35,061 bases of DNA, from the IMG/VR virus record IMGVR_UViG_2654587570_000013, positions 1-35,061 of that record; one strand, given 5' to 3'. Shown here piece by piece: positions 16,328 to 25,693 of the stretch. This stretch comes from a virus. Its lineage: Duplodnaviria; Heunggongvirae; Uroviricota; Caudoviricetes. Both the position numbers and the translations under genes were made by a program. The notes beneath the pieces are model-generated. The model saw only the letters and a program-made list of their open reading frames with translations, did not search any database and had not been told where the DNA came from. Within the stretch, counting starts at the first letter, position 1; each line of letters begins with the position of its first letter.

Positions 16328-19300
16328 TTACCCTAATTTAGCTTCAATTGCAGCAAGACGTTCACGAAGAAGTTTATTTTCTTCGCTCATTTCTTGGACC
16401 GCTTTAATTAAAAGCGCGTTCACTGCGGAGTTTGAAATTGTTAAAATTTCTTCTGGGTTATCAAAACCACCAATTTTTGCGGTTTTAACAGCTTCCGGTA
16501 ATACCTCTTGTAAATCCTGTGCGATAATACCAATCTCATGACCTATAACTTCTCGGTCATTAAGAGATTTAACTTTATCGTAGGTTTTAACTTTGAGTTT
16601 ATTTACCTTATCCACCGCATTTTCTTCGTAATCTTCAACATTAATTTTCAGACGACGATCGGAACGAATATAAACATCGTTAAAGTTACCATTACCAGGA
16701 CAGTAAAAAGTACCATCATGATGGAACTCGAATACAGCTTGAGGGTGACCAGCCGCTGGCGATGCCTCCGCAGATCCAACACGAATAATTGCTTGCCCCC
16801 AATTTTGAGGAACACGACGCATACCAAAATCGACGGCAGTTGTATACCCTTGATTGGTGATTAAACTTCTTCCTTTGATAATCGGATAATAACAGTCCGG
16901 TGAAACATAGCCATGATCGACAAATATTGGCGCTTCTAAGCCCCATTGATCACCCCAACCTCCAGATTGGCTAGCAGTCCAACGTTCACCATGAACATAG
17001 AATCGAACGTTATTGACATGAGTCATTTCGACACCTTTTGGACTTAGCGCGATATCCCCCGCGTTTGTAATATTGATAGCAGCATTAGTAGCATAGCTAT
17101 AGAACGCTAATCCATTATCAGCACCACCTTTACCGATATACCAGTTGTTATTATCAGCACAAGTACCCAACAAATATATCGACGAATCGCCCGTTTCGGC
17201 ATTCATGATGATTGCGTCAGAACCACGATTAACTTTAAGTTTCCCGAAGAAGGTGTTTTTAATGGTATTATCACCCAATCGTTCAAATTCGGCTAAAAAT
17301 CCTTTTGAGTCACGAAGGCTTAAAACGTTATTTCGACCTGTATTGCTTGCCCCCCAATGGACGAGTTCCATATAGTCCATAGATTGACGAGAACCAGCTT
17401 TAAAGAAAAGATTGTCCTCAAGACGAGTGCTACCATCAATTCCAAGATGCAAACAGCGTGCGGTCGCTGTGCCACCTAGATCTAATCCACCACCAGCAAA
17501 ATCATAACTAAATGGTCTACGGCTATTCCACCCACCGAAAGAATCACCGTGATCTGTGGAAAGAATATGGAAGCTAGTTCCATCATTACGGAACATCAAA
17601 CCATAATTACCACCTTTAACAGCCAAACGAGCATTTTCAGATAATGCAACTTCGCTATTCATTACAATTTTCTGGCCTTTACCACCAGTAATATGTAATT
17701 CACCATCTTCAATCAGGTTTATCGAGTTTTGACCGTTATCATTCCACCAAATAAAATCTTTGGTTGTTCCATCACCGAAGCCAAACCAGCCATTACGAAC
17801 ATCTTGTCCAGTGCGATAATCCATGAAATTAAAATGGCTTGATTCGTTTGGTCCTCGACGAATATCAATACCAGAATTTCCACCAACACCACCATCCAAT
17901 GTTAATCTCTTGACATGTAACCCGGTTGTTGCTGTCAGCAATAATTCCTGATTTGTATCTTCGTATCCAGTAGCAAGACGATATGCGTTATCATCAACTG
18001 TCTCATGCCAGATAGTGGCAGGAGCAGAACTACGGAAGCGACGCAACATTTTCTTAGCATTTGTTTGCTGTTCGTTCAAATGCTCAATGTCATATTGGCC
18101 TTGATGGTTTCCAGCAAAATTTAACGTTCCACGGTTGCTAAAGTTATTGAACGATGAAATGTTAAGAGCATCAAAAATTTCATCTGCAACAGGTTTTTCA
18201 CCGCCCAGGTATTCAGGAGTATCCAACAGGTTTAAAGAAACACCACCGGAAGAAACTTGATATTCTGCTAAAACAAATCCTGTATGTGCACCATAGTAAG
18301 CGTAAAGATCATAATTGTCGCCATCGGTTGGAATAGCGCAAAAATGTTGTTCATAATGCCAAATAGTATAATACGCATTGAATACAACACCTTTCGGGCT
18401 ATTGTTGCCGCATCGAATCACCAATTCGATAATATTGGCTTGTCCATTCATCCCGACGTTATAACCGTTACCACCAACTAAGCGGATCTTAGCACTACGA
18501 CCGTGTTGCTGTGGCATTGTCAAAGTGCCTAGTTTAAACCAACCACCCTCGATCCCAAAATTAAGCGTCTTCTGGAACAGTCGGTCAATTTCTGCTTTCG
18601 AATATGCGCCAATTTCGGCAGGAGTAGGTTTATCACCTTCATGATACATGCGGTGAGAATATGCCAAATGACCCAATTCATCATAGCCGTATGTTCTTAC
18701 CGTATGAACCGGATTAGACCCATAAGTGAACTCAAAGCCACGAGCATGATTAACACCAGATGGATGCGGAACATGCAAGATCATTGCAATATGACCCGCC
18801 AGGTCATTCATGCGGAATGCACCAAAGTAATCAAGATTACGCGCATTTGGATCATCAAAATAGTTTGCGGTCTTAGACAGCAAATAACCATCAGTATAAG
18901 TGTTTACGTGTTTTTTGATGTACTTGCCATCAGCAGATCCATCGGCTGCATCAATACGGCTTTCTAAGCGTGCCAATTCAGAATCAGTGTAAGACTTGTT
19001 ATTGTCAACTTTGCTATGAATTGCTGTATTTTTGGCTTCAACATCACGGGTTAATGCTGCGACGTTATCCGCTGCCTCTTGCTTATTGGCTGCAATCACA
19101 CCAGTAAGGTTATTGTAGGTGTCAGTTAACTGATTTTCCGCATAGACTTTATTTGCTGCGATAGTGCGGTCAGTTTCTGTCTTAATCAGATCAACTTTGT
19201 CATTGATTGCTTTGTCATTACTTGCGATTGTCGCGTCGGTACGGGATTTAATATCATCAACTTTTTTATTGATGCGGGTATCCAGTTCCTGGGTTGCTAC

Positions 19301-19738
19301 AGCAGCCGCATTTTTATTAGCGTTGATGGTATCCGACAATTCAGCTTTAACACCAGCAAGGTCGGAAGCAGCTTTATTTTTATTGGCCTCGATTGTCGCG
19401 TCGGTTTCGCGTTTAATTACATCAACTTTATTGTTAATTTCTGCGTGATTTGCTGCGATGGTTGCATCAGTAGTTTGTTTAATTTCATCTACTTTAGCGT
19501 GAATATTGCGGTCATTTACTGCAATTGTGCTATCCAGTTCTTGTTTGTTAGCATCAACTTTAGATTCTAGTGCCGCGTGAGTTTCAGGAGAAACAGAGAT
19601 TTGAACTACTTCATGATCTCGGTCTTTGGTAAAAATAACATGGTCTTTAAGGTTGATTGCTACCTCACCGACCTGTAATTGTTCCGGCGTTGGTTTTTTG
19701 CCAGAAACATTTGTTCGTTTAAATTGGATCGACTGCAT
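16328..19738 (-). CDS. tail fibre with C-terminal intramolecular chaperone (peptidase S74) domain (1136 aa)
   Basis: N-terminus IQFKRTNVSGKKPTPEQLQVGEVAINL is a fibre N-terminal motif. There are five or more helical repeats of VD.IK..TDATIAAN. The last 111 aa start SDRRLKINVEDY... and end in a coiled coil, the S74 auto-cleaving chaperone signature, with predicted cleavage before Ser1026 (about nt 16663). Confidence 0.85.
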   Translation of the reverse strand: MQSIQFKRTNVSGKKPTPEQLQVGEVAINLKDHVIFTKDRDHEVVQISVSPETHAALESKVDANKQELDSTIAVNDRNIHAKVDEIKQTTDATIAANHAEINNKVDVIKRETDATIEANKNKAASDLAGVKAELSDTINANKNAAAVATQELDTRINKKVDDIKSRTDATIASNDKAINDKVDLIKTETDRTIAANKVYAENQLTDTYNNLTGVIAANKQEAADNVAALTRDVEAKNTAIHSKVDNNKSYTDSELARLESRIDAADGSADGKYIKKHVNTYTDGYLLSKTANYFDDPNARNLDYFGAFRMNDLAGHIAMILHVPHPSGVNHARGFEFTYGSNPVHTVRTYGYDELGHLAYSHRMYHEGDKPTPAEIGAYSKAEIDRLFQKTLNFGIEGGWFKLGTLTMPQQHGRSAKIRLVGGNGYNVGMNGQANIIELVIRCGNNSPKGVVFNAYYTIWHYEQHFCAIPTDGDNYDLYAYYGAHTGFVLAEYQVSSGGVSLNLLDTPEYLGGEKPVADEIFDALNISSFNNFSNRGTLNFAGNHQGQYDIEHLNEQQTNAKKMLRRFRSSAPATIWHETVDDNAYRLATGYEDTNQELLLTATTGLHVKRLTLDGGVGGNSGIDIRRGPNESSHFNFMDYRTGQDVRNGWFGFGDGTTKDFIWWNDNGQNSINLIEDGELHITGGKGQKIVMNSEVALSENARLAVKGGNYGLMFRNDGTSFHILSTDHGDSFGGWNSRRPFSYDFAGGGLDLGGTATARCLHLGIDGSTRLEDNLFFKAGSRQSMDYMELVHWGASNTGRNNVLSLRDSKGFLAEFERLGDNTIKNTFFGKLKVNRGSDAIIMNAETGDSSIYLLGTCADNNNWYIGKGGADNGLAFYSYATNAAINITNAGDIALSPKGVEMTHVNNVRFYVHGERWTASQSGGWGDQWGLEAPIFVDHGYVSPDCYYPIIKGRSLITNQGYTTAVDFGMRRVPQNWGQAIIRVGSAEASPAAGHPQAVFEFHHDGTFYCPGNGNFNDVYIRSDRRLKINVEDYEENAVDKVNKLKVKTYDKVKSLNDREVIGHEIGIIAQDLQEVLPEAVKTAKIGGFDNPEEILTISNSAVNALLIKAVQEMSEENKLLRERLAAIEAKLG

Positions 19739-19811
19739 CGAATCACCTCACTATAAAACAGGAATAAGGGAGGCGTTAACCTCCCGCGTCATGTTTTATT
19801 TAGAGAAGCAA

Positions 19812-20645
19812 TCAGTATTCCCCGAAGTCGATCCGGTCATGGATAGAAACGGCTTCAATCTCGGCTGGTGTCGGTTTTTCTTCTGTGGAATACACTTTCA
19901 CCCATCCAGAATTACCGTCTTTCTGGACTGTGCGAACTCGTAAACGTGGTGCGCCGGAAGCGGTGCAAGTTAATTGCCATCCACCATCTTCATTAGGTTG
20001 AACGTGAATTAGTGAAGTATCAGCACTAAATGGATTAGATACGCTCGATCCCTGATAAGTTACGAAACGGTTTCCGGCTAATGCTTCGCTATCAATCGGA
20101 CCTATGAATGGGCTAACGCCTGAACCTACGCCATAATCCCCTTGTCGCAGAATTTTTCCCTCGGTCGCGATACCCCTTGCAAGAATCCCGCCATCTGGTT
20201 CAAGTTTAAATTCCAGTGTTACAGCTTTGTTATCTGCGCCACGGGTTTTATGTGATGTGACGTAAGCATCGAATATACAAAAGTACCCTGTGTTAGCAGC
20301 ACTATAGCCAGAGTTCACAACATAGAACATACGGAAGCGTAAAGGTGTTTTATCCTCTACCGCTTTCATCAACATTGCTTGATGTTCGTCATCCAGAACA
20401 CGGTTTAACGTGAGTGTTGTCGGTTCCAGTTTACGATAACCAGCAAGTTTCCCCGTAGCGTCCTGGTCATACTCTTCTAACGTCTGGATCTCTGTGGATT
20501 CGGTTATCGTCGGAAATGCTGCGATGTTCTCGATAGGACTAAAGCTAGGATCGAAAAAGTCCGGCTGGTTATCCACCATAGTAGACACGGAGACTTCAAC
20601 ATGCGACCCCGTGAAAATGTCTAAGTTATCTTGTGTAATATTCAT
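19812..20645 (-). CDS. tail tube paralog with fibre-like C-terminal extension (277 aa)
   Basis: The N-terminal ~160 aa align by eye with the 156-aa tube: LDIFTGS/FDIFSGG, IAAFP/CAAFP, KLAGY/KLVGR, AVEDK/ATEDGK. The C-terminal ~110 aa are extra and contain EKPTPAEIEAVS, resembling DKPTPAEIGAYS in the fibre. Codon usage is not optimised. Confidence 0.65.
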   Translation of the reverse strand: MNITQDNLDIFTGSHVEVSVSTMVDNQPDFFDPSFSPIENIAAFPTITESTEIQTLEEYDQDATGKLAGYRKLEPTTLTLNRVLDDEHQAMLMKAVEDKTPLRFRMFYVVNSGYSAANTGYFCIFDAYVTSHKTRGADNKAVTLEFKLEPDGGILARGIATEGKILRQGDYGVGSGVSPFIGPIDSEALAGNRFVTYQGSSVSNPFSADTSLIHVQPNEDGGWQLTCTASGAPRLRVRTVQKDGNSGWVKVYSTEEKPTPAEIEAVSIHDRIDFGEY

Positions 20646-20654
20646 TATTACCCC

Positions 20655-21077
20655 TTAAAAACGCGCTAGATAAGAAAATTTAAGGCTAAGTGTCCCAACG
20701 ATACCCCCATCACTAGAATCATCGTCATAATCGGTATTAGAGGCTACTGGAGTGATATCTGAAATAGAGAAGCCCAAATCTTTAAAACGTGGATTATCCG
20801 GCTGAATCTGGATTATCTGGCAAATACCCTCATGAATTTTGGTTTCATGATTCTGAGAATACAACTGCATTTCGATAACGCATTCAGCTTGCATTGCATT
20901 ACCACCACGGACCCTATTGTAAGTCTCATTCATTCCGGTAATCCAACAAACCACGTCATCACTAAAGCCTTGCTGAGTTTGTTCTACGTTTAAAGCCAGA
21001 CCTAAATCTTGTTCGATAATATCCTGCAAGGCGCGTTTGATTTTCAGTCTAGGCATATTATTAACGGTAGCGAGCAT
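20655..21077 (-). CDS. putative tail completion / terminator protein (140 aa from ATG 21077)
   Basis: Called by position between the connector and tube-like genes. GGGGG SD lies 5 nt before ATG 21077. ATG 21056 is an alternative start. Confidence 0.45.
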   Translation of the reverse strand: MLATVNNMPRLKIKRALQDIIEQDLGLALNVEQTQQGFSDDVVCWITGMNETYNRVRGGNAMQAECVIEMQLYSQNHETKIHEGICQIIQIQPDNPRFKDLGFSISDITPVASNTDYDDDSSDGGIVGTLSLKFSYLARF

Positions 21078-21351
21078 GTGTACCCCCTGCACGAGCAATA
21101 AAGCAATCAGAAGTATTATCACCATTGCGCTTAACGTATTGAACTTTGAAACGCTGATTTTCTACAGTGACAACATCACCCTGATTTAAGTCTCCCTCAC
21201 GACAAAATAGAAATTCTGTCTCTGTCATTACCCCTTGTTCGTCGGTAGTAGTAATTTCATGATAAGCACGAATTGATTTACCACCTTCCACCGAAAATAC
21301 AGGAGCACTTCGGAACATTCTTGATAATTGTGATTCTGATAATTTGAACAT
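21061..21351 (-). CDS. putative head-tail connector / head closure protein (96 aa)
   Basis: First gene after the capsid terminator. Called from size and position only. Confidence 0.45.
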   Translation of the reverse strand: MFKLSESQLSRMFRSAPVFSVEGGKSIRAYHEITTTDEQGVMTETEFLFCREGDLNQGDVVTVENQRFKVQYVKRNGDNTSDCFIARAGGTHARYR

Positions 21352-21380
21352 AGTTACCCCCTTTATGGAGTATTTACATA

Positions 21381-21408
21381 CAAAAAAGCCCCACCGTTAG
21401 GCAGGGCT
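21381..21408 (-). terminator. intrinsic terminator downstream of the capsid gene
   Basis: Minus strand reads AGCCCUGCC-UAAC-GGUGGGGCU (9 pairs, 2 wobbles) followed by UUUUUUG. Confidence 0.7.
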
Positions 21409-21545
21409 AATTATTATTTTGCTTTAGTCTTACGTTCTTTTTTAACTGTGGCTTTCGCCGTAACCGTCTGAGATTCTTCTTCCTGAGATGGAATCAGATT
21501 TTCTTCCCCCAAATCGGGGGAAGGTTCAGATGGTTCTACGTTATT

Positions 21546-23558
21546 TCATTCAGCGGAGATGTGAAGAACTTTCAGAGCTTCCGGCTGAACTACGGTGAAG
21601 TCCAGGTCTACCCAGATACGCGGAACGATAGCAGACTGTGCGCGGTAAGTGGTGTCGTCCATATCCAGTTCCAGACCACCCCATTCACCGATCATGATAC
21701 CGGAGAAGTCACCCAGAACGATGTGGTCTGCCGGAATAACGCCAGAAGTAACTACATCGTAACCAGCCAGTTTGCCGTTTTCGATGATATAACCGGAAAC
21801 GCCGTTATCTTTCAGGGTAGATTCCAGTTCAGCAGCAGTTGCACCGCTCATTGCAAACTTGATGGACTGTGCCGGAACGCCAGCGTCGGTCAGTGCTGCA
21901 ATTTCTTTCAGGAAGTCTTTGTAAGAGAAAGCAGCTTTCTTAGTAACGCGACCACCGTCTACCAGTTGCTTAACCAAACCTTTCGGACCGCGAGTATTGT
22001 CTTTGTCAGACAGAATCAGTTGTTCCAGTTTGATGCGAACAGCTTTGTTAATATGATCAGTGATCAGGGTAGCAATATTCGGAACAGTTTTCAGAGACTG
22101 ACGGCTGATCGGGTTGCCACCAGCAAAAGTTTTCGGAGCCATTTTCACGTTTTCAAAGGTAGCCTTCGACTCGGGGGCACTTCCATTTTCGTCTACAAAA
22201 CCAAAGGCATCAACGCTGGAAGCAGTCATTTTCGGTACAGCGATCGGGCTATTCAGACCAGACAGGACGGTCACGCCCAGACGACCCAGACACGAAGCAG
22301 GAAGCAGCATTTCGATGTATGATTCAGTCAGCAGTTTTTCGTCAGTTACAGCGGTCAGAGTAGTTTTGGTGTTACCATCAGCAGCAGCACGCAGAGCAGC
22401 AGCCGGAACGAATACAGAGCCACCGCGAGCAGCACGACCACGCTGCATTGCAGCACCAGCAGCCATAGCGGAATATTCAGCTTCGTTAGCACCCAGAGCA
22501 GCACCATCTACCAGAGAGCGAATTACGTTGTTCAGGTCAAAAGTTTTTTCCATTTTAGAGTCCTTAATTTGTTGTTCGTTGTTACGTTGAGCAGTAGCGA
22601 TTTTATTTAGTGCCTTAGTGCGGAATGCTTCCGGCGTAATTTCTTTATTTGCCAATGCGCGTTTAAATTCTTCATCGTCTTCGTTAATATTTAGCTCGCG
22701 AGCGATCTCGCGAATTTCTAATTCGTCTTCTTCGGAACGTTCAGCCACTTCTTCGATTTTTTCTTCTTCAACCGGAGCGGCTTCACGTTCTTCTTTTACT
22801 TCTTCTGCTTCCCGAACAGTTGAACTATCATCATCAACACTTTCAGGATGTTCAGCGTCTTTTCCGTCTTCGAGATTTTCATTTTCTTTATTCTCTTCAA
22901 CTTGGCGCTCTTGAGTTTCTTCAACTTCCGGTTCTTTATTTTCTTCTACCGGAGTTTCTTCAACCTGAGCGGCTTCTTGTTCTTCTTTGATTTCTTCGAT
23001 TTGTTCTTTAGTCATATCGCGTTTAGCCTCCAAATTAACTGTGATAGTATTTAGAGAGCGATTTAAACCGACCGAATCATCAGCAGGAACGGTGACAAAT
23101 GAGAGTTCATAGGGCGCCCACTTAGTAACAATCAATTGCCCTTTGGCGTAATCGATGTGATATTCTTTAATGTCATAGCCGACAGAAATTTTTTCCATCG
23201 TACCTTCAATGACTTTATTGCGAATATCATTAGCCAAAGTGCCATGCTTAGAGAATTTAACCAGAGCACGACCTACGTTATCCGCATCGATTCGAGCGTC
23301 GCAGACTACACCTAAATGATTATCGAAATTATGATTGAACAGCAACGGAGCGTTATTATTCAGACGAGACAGATCAACCGCTTCCGGTGTATGTACCAGA
23401 ATTTCATCTAGTACCACCATCTCTTGATTTTGCTCATCCCAGAATTGGCGCTGATACGGCTGTTCACTGGAGAAAGCAATTTCAAATTCGTATTGATCGT
23501 TATGCCCTTCGTTAATAACTCCACCGTAACCGTTAAGATCGCGGCGAAATTTAAGCAT
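21546..23558 (-). CDS. prohead protease / scaffold-like acidic linker / HK97-fold major capsid fusion protein (670 aa)
   Basis: The N-terminus has LLFNHNFDNHLGVV and EKISVGYD, like HK97-type (S78) prohead proteases. Residues ~185-300 are an extremely acidic helical region. The C-terminal ~340 aa are capsid-like. Codon optimisation is very strong. Confidence 0.8.
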   Translation of the reverse strand: MLKFRRDLNGYGGVINEGHNDQYEFEIAFSSEQPYQRQFWDEQNQEMVVLDEILVHTPEAVDLSRLNNNAPLLFNHNFDNHLGVVCDARIDADNVGRALVKFSKHGTLANDIRNKVIEGTMEKISVGYDIKEYHIDYAKGQLIVTKWAPYELSFVTVPADDSVGLNRSLNTITVNLEAKRDMTKEQIEEIKEEQEAAQVEETPVEENKEPEVEETQERQVEENKENENLEDGKDAEHPESVDDDSSTVREAEEVKEEREAAPVEEEKIEEVAERSEEDELEIREIARELNINEDDEEFKRALANKEITPEAFRTKALNKIATAQRNNEQQIKDSKMEKTFDLNNVIRSLVDGAALGANEAEYSAMAAGAAMQRGRAARGGSVFVPAAALRAAADGNTKTTLTAVTDEKLLTESYIEMLLPASCLGRLGVTVLSGLNSPIAVPKMTASSVDAFGFVDENGSAPESKATFENVKMAPKTFAGGNPISRQSLKTVPNIATLITDHINKAVRIKLEQLILSDKDNTRGPKGLVKQLVDGGRVTKKAAFSYKDFLKEIAALTDAGVPAQSIKFAMSGATAAELESTLKDNGVSGYIIENGKLAGYDVVTSGVIPADHIVLGDFSGIMIGEWGGLELDMDDTTYRAQSAIVPRIWVDLDFTVVQPEALKVLHISAE

Positions 23559-23604
23559 TTAATCACCTTTAATTAATTGGGGGCATTGCGCCCCCCGTTG
23601 GTTA

Positions 23605-25116
23605 TTAGGGATCGGCTGGGGAATTTTTTTCTTCACCCTCGCCATCAACGATAATATTTAGTGCGCTCTTTTCGGCTTGAATCTCTGAGAATACTTTTTC
23701 AGGATCATCACCACGTTCAAGAATAACGGCAGTACGTGATTTAAGTCCTTTATCAATTAAAGCAATATCAGCGTTTACGTCTTTAATAACATCGACAGAC
23801 TCGAAACGCGGACGAATAATAGTTGTATTATCGATAATATGTGGAATTGCAGTAATACGAATCGGAACAATACCACGCGCGGAATAATGGCGTAGATACG
23901 CTTCGAAAATTGGCAATACCACTGTTTCAATCAATTTGTTTTGAAGTGCTTTAACGCGGTTACGTTGAAGTAGTTCACCAAAACGTGCGGCGCTGTAATT
24001 TATTTGGCTAGTATCGCCAGTTAAGCCCTGATTGAACACGCCAAGACCCATCGCTATACTCTTGAACATTCCATCATTGAAGCTGTTAAAGTCATCACCA
24101 CTTTGCGATGATTGAATTGACTTGATTGTTGCCCCTTCCGGCAATTCCTGAATAGTACCAGGCGCGAAATCGTGAATAACTTCCGGCGCTTGATATTGGT
24201 CTTCATCTTCACCAGTATCAAAATCGTCACCAGAATCTTTCGGACGCTCGATGAACGCCATGCTACAACTTGAAATTCGTTTATGTACCAGTACAGCTTC
24301 GCGGAATGCGTCTTGATGTGCGATATCCTTAATCACTGGCAGGAAGTCAGTCACACCACGCAGAGATTCAGCCGCAAGTGGTTGATAATAATGGCATACT
24401 TGCGAAGCATCTACGCGATAGTTATCACCTGTGTAGGTCTGAGTCAGTAGGTTGATTTTACGAAACCAGTATGCAACAGGGCGCATTGTGTGTAGGTCAT
24501 ACTCCACACCTTGATATATCGCACGCTCTTTGCTTACTTCACGGTTGAGCGACCAGTCGCACTTATCAGCAGACAGGATAGAAACATTTAACTCATTGTT
24601 TTCTTTAGTTAAAACGATGAAACACTCACCACCCATAACGCGCTCACGTTCAGCCATTACCAGCAGTTCACGGAAGTTAAAGCGACCGTTACGAGAGAAG
24701 CGTTTAGCATTCTGCGCCCACTTCCAGAAAGCATTCTCAATCTGCTTATTCAGTGCGCTATCAAGTTTGCCATTTGATTTAACGATTGATGGCTTCGGAT
24801 CTAGGCCAGTACCTACCACCATATCGGTTATGTATTGCGTGTAGCGACTGCCTACGGAAGTGTTTAAGGCCAGAGTACGACCCTGATCATAAAGGCGCTT
24901 ACCGTTCGATTTGAGAGCCTTATTGAAGGTTCCGGTGATAGTATCTTGTTGAAGCTGTCCATCAATGCGATCACCAACCAGTCCTAAACTCCGAGTCGCC
25001 AAAGATCTCTGGTATTTTTCTACTTGTTTGTCGATGAAAATTTTTGGTTGTTGCTGGCGGTGATTAGTTTTAACTGGAGTTTCTACCGCCTTTTTGCGTC
25101 GAAAAAGATTAAACAT
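23605..25116 (-). CDS. portal protein (503 aa)
   Basis: Size and position between the terminase and the protease-capsid gene. AAGGGG RBS. Confidence 0.8.
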   Translation of the reverse strand: MFNLFRRKKAVETPVKTNHRQQQPKIFIDKQVEKYQRSLATRSLGLVGDRIDGQLQQDTITGTFNKALKSNGKRLYDQGRTLALNTSVGSRYTQYITDMVVGTGLDPKPSIVKSNGKLDSALNKQIENAFWKWAQNAKRFSRNGRFNFRELLVMAERERVMGGECFIVLTKENNELNVSILSADKCDWSLNREVSKERAIYQGVEYDLHTMRPVAYWFRKINLLTQTYTGDNYRVDASQVCHYYQPLAAESLRGVTDFLPVIKDIAHQDAFREAVLVHKRISSCSMAFIERPKDSGDDFDTGEDEDQYQAPEVIHDFAPGTIQELPEGATIKSIQSSQSGDDFNSFNDGMFKSIAMGLGVFNQGLTGDTSQINYSAARFGELLQRNRVKALQNKLIETVVLPIFEAYLRHYSARGIVPIRITAIPHIIDNTTIIRPRFESVDVIKDVNADIALIDKGLKSRTAVILERGDDPEKVFSEIQAEKSALNIIVDGEGEEKNSPADP

Positions 25117-25126
25117 GATTTACCCC

Positions 25127-25621
25127 TTATCGCGTAAGACGTAATTTGATATTTTTAATCGGGCTAATTCCCTGTTTACGTCGTTCGGCTTGAATTAATT
25201 TTGATAACTGACGTTCATAATCGACTTTTAGAGTCTGGAGAACAGCCAATGACTCATAGGCGAAAGTATTCCCTTTCACTGTCATTGCTGATAATGCGGC
25301 TTCGTCCCCAGATAAACGGGCGAAAATAACTTGCTCGATTAAGGCGATAGTTTCCCGCAGATATTCTTTTTTGGATTGTTTGGCGAATACTGGTAAAACA
25401 GTTAATTCCTGCATTGATACCAGTTCTTCTTCCAAAGTGGTTACGATGGTATATTTACCTTCGGCAAAATCTAAGGTTTTGATCTCATGATTAGCCGGAG
25501 TATCATCAACCTGATAAATGATACCTTTACTATTTCCTACCTGAATTGTTACACCCTCTTCATTCGCCAGCGTGATTTTTTCGCCTTTACGAATTACTAA
25601 GGGAATTAGTTCTAAACTCAT
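25127..25621 (-). CDS. hypothetical head/packaging-module protein (164 aa)
   Basis: ORF between the large terminase and portal genes, the position lambda W occupies. No family recognised. Confidence 0.55.
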   Translation of the reverse strand: MSLELIPLVIRKGEKITLANEEGVTIQVGNSKGIIYQVDDTPANHEIKTLDFAEGKYTIVTTLEEELVSMQELTVLPVFAKQSKKEYLRETIALIEQVIFARLSGDEAALSAMTVKGNTFAYESLAVLQTLKVDYERQLSKLIQAERRKQGISPIKNIKLRLTR

Positions 25622-25693
25622 AATTACCCCTTATTTAATTGTTATTGGATTAACAATATTTAGGAGTAAGCCGCCCCGAAGGACGGCGAGTTA

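Noticed and set aside
16328-19738. Diversity-generating retroelement or invertible host-range cassette around the fibre genes.
   Set aside because: The window has no reverse transcriptase and no template/variable repeat pair. The three small paralogs are all in one orientation with no flanking inverted repeats. The recombinase is a large integrase-type enzyme, not a Gin/Cin-size invertase.
21414-21545. A 43-codon open frame between the capsid stop and its terminator, encoding a protein-like acidic/basic sequence (..EPSEPSPDLGEENLIPSQEEES..KKERKTKAK).
   Set aside because: It has no ATG or GTG start and no RBS. It lies in the +1 frame of the capsid gene, but a TGA in that frame sits immediately after the capsid stop, so a simple frameshift or read-through extension cannot reach it.
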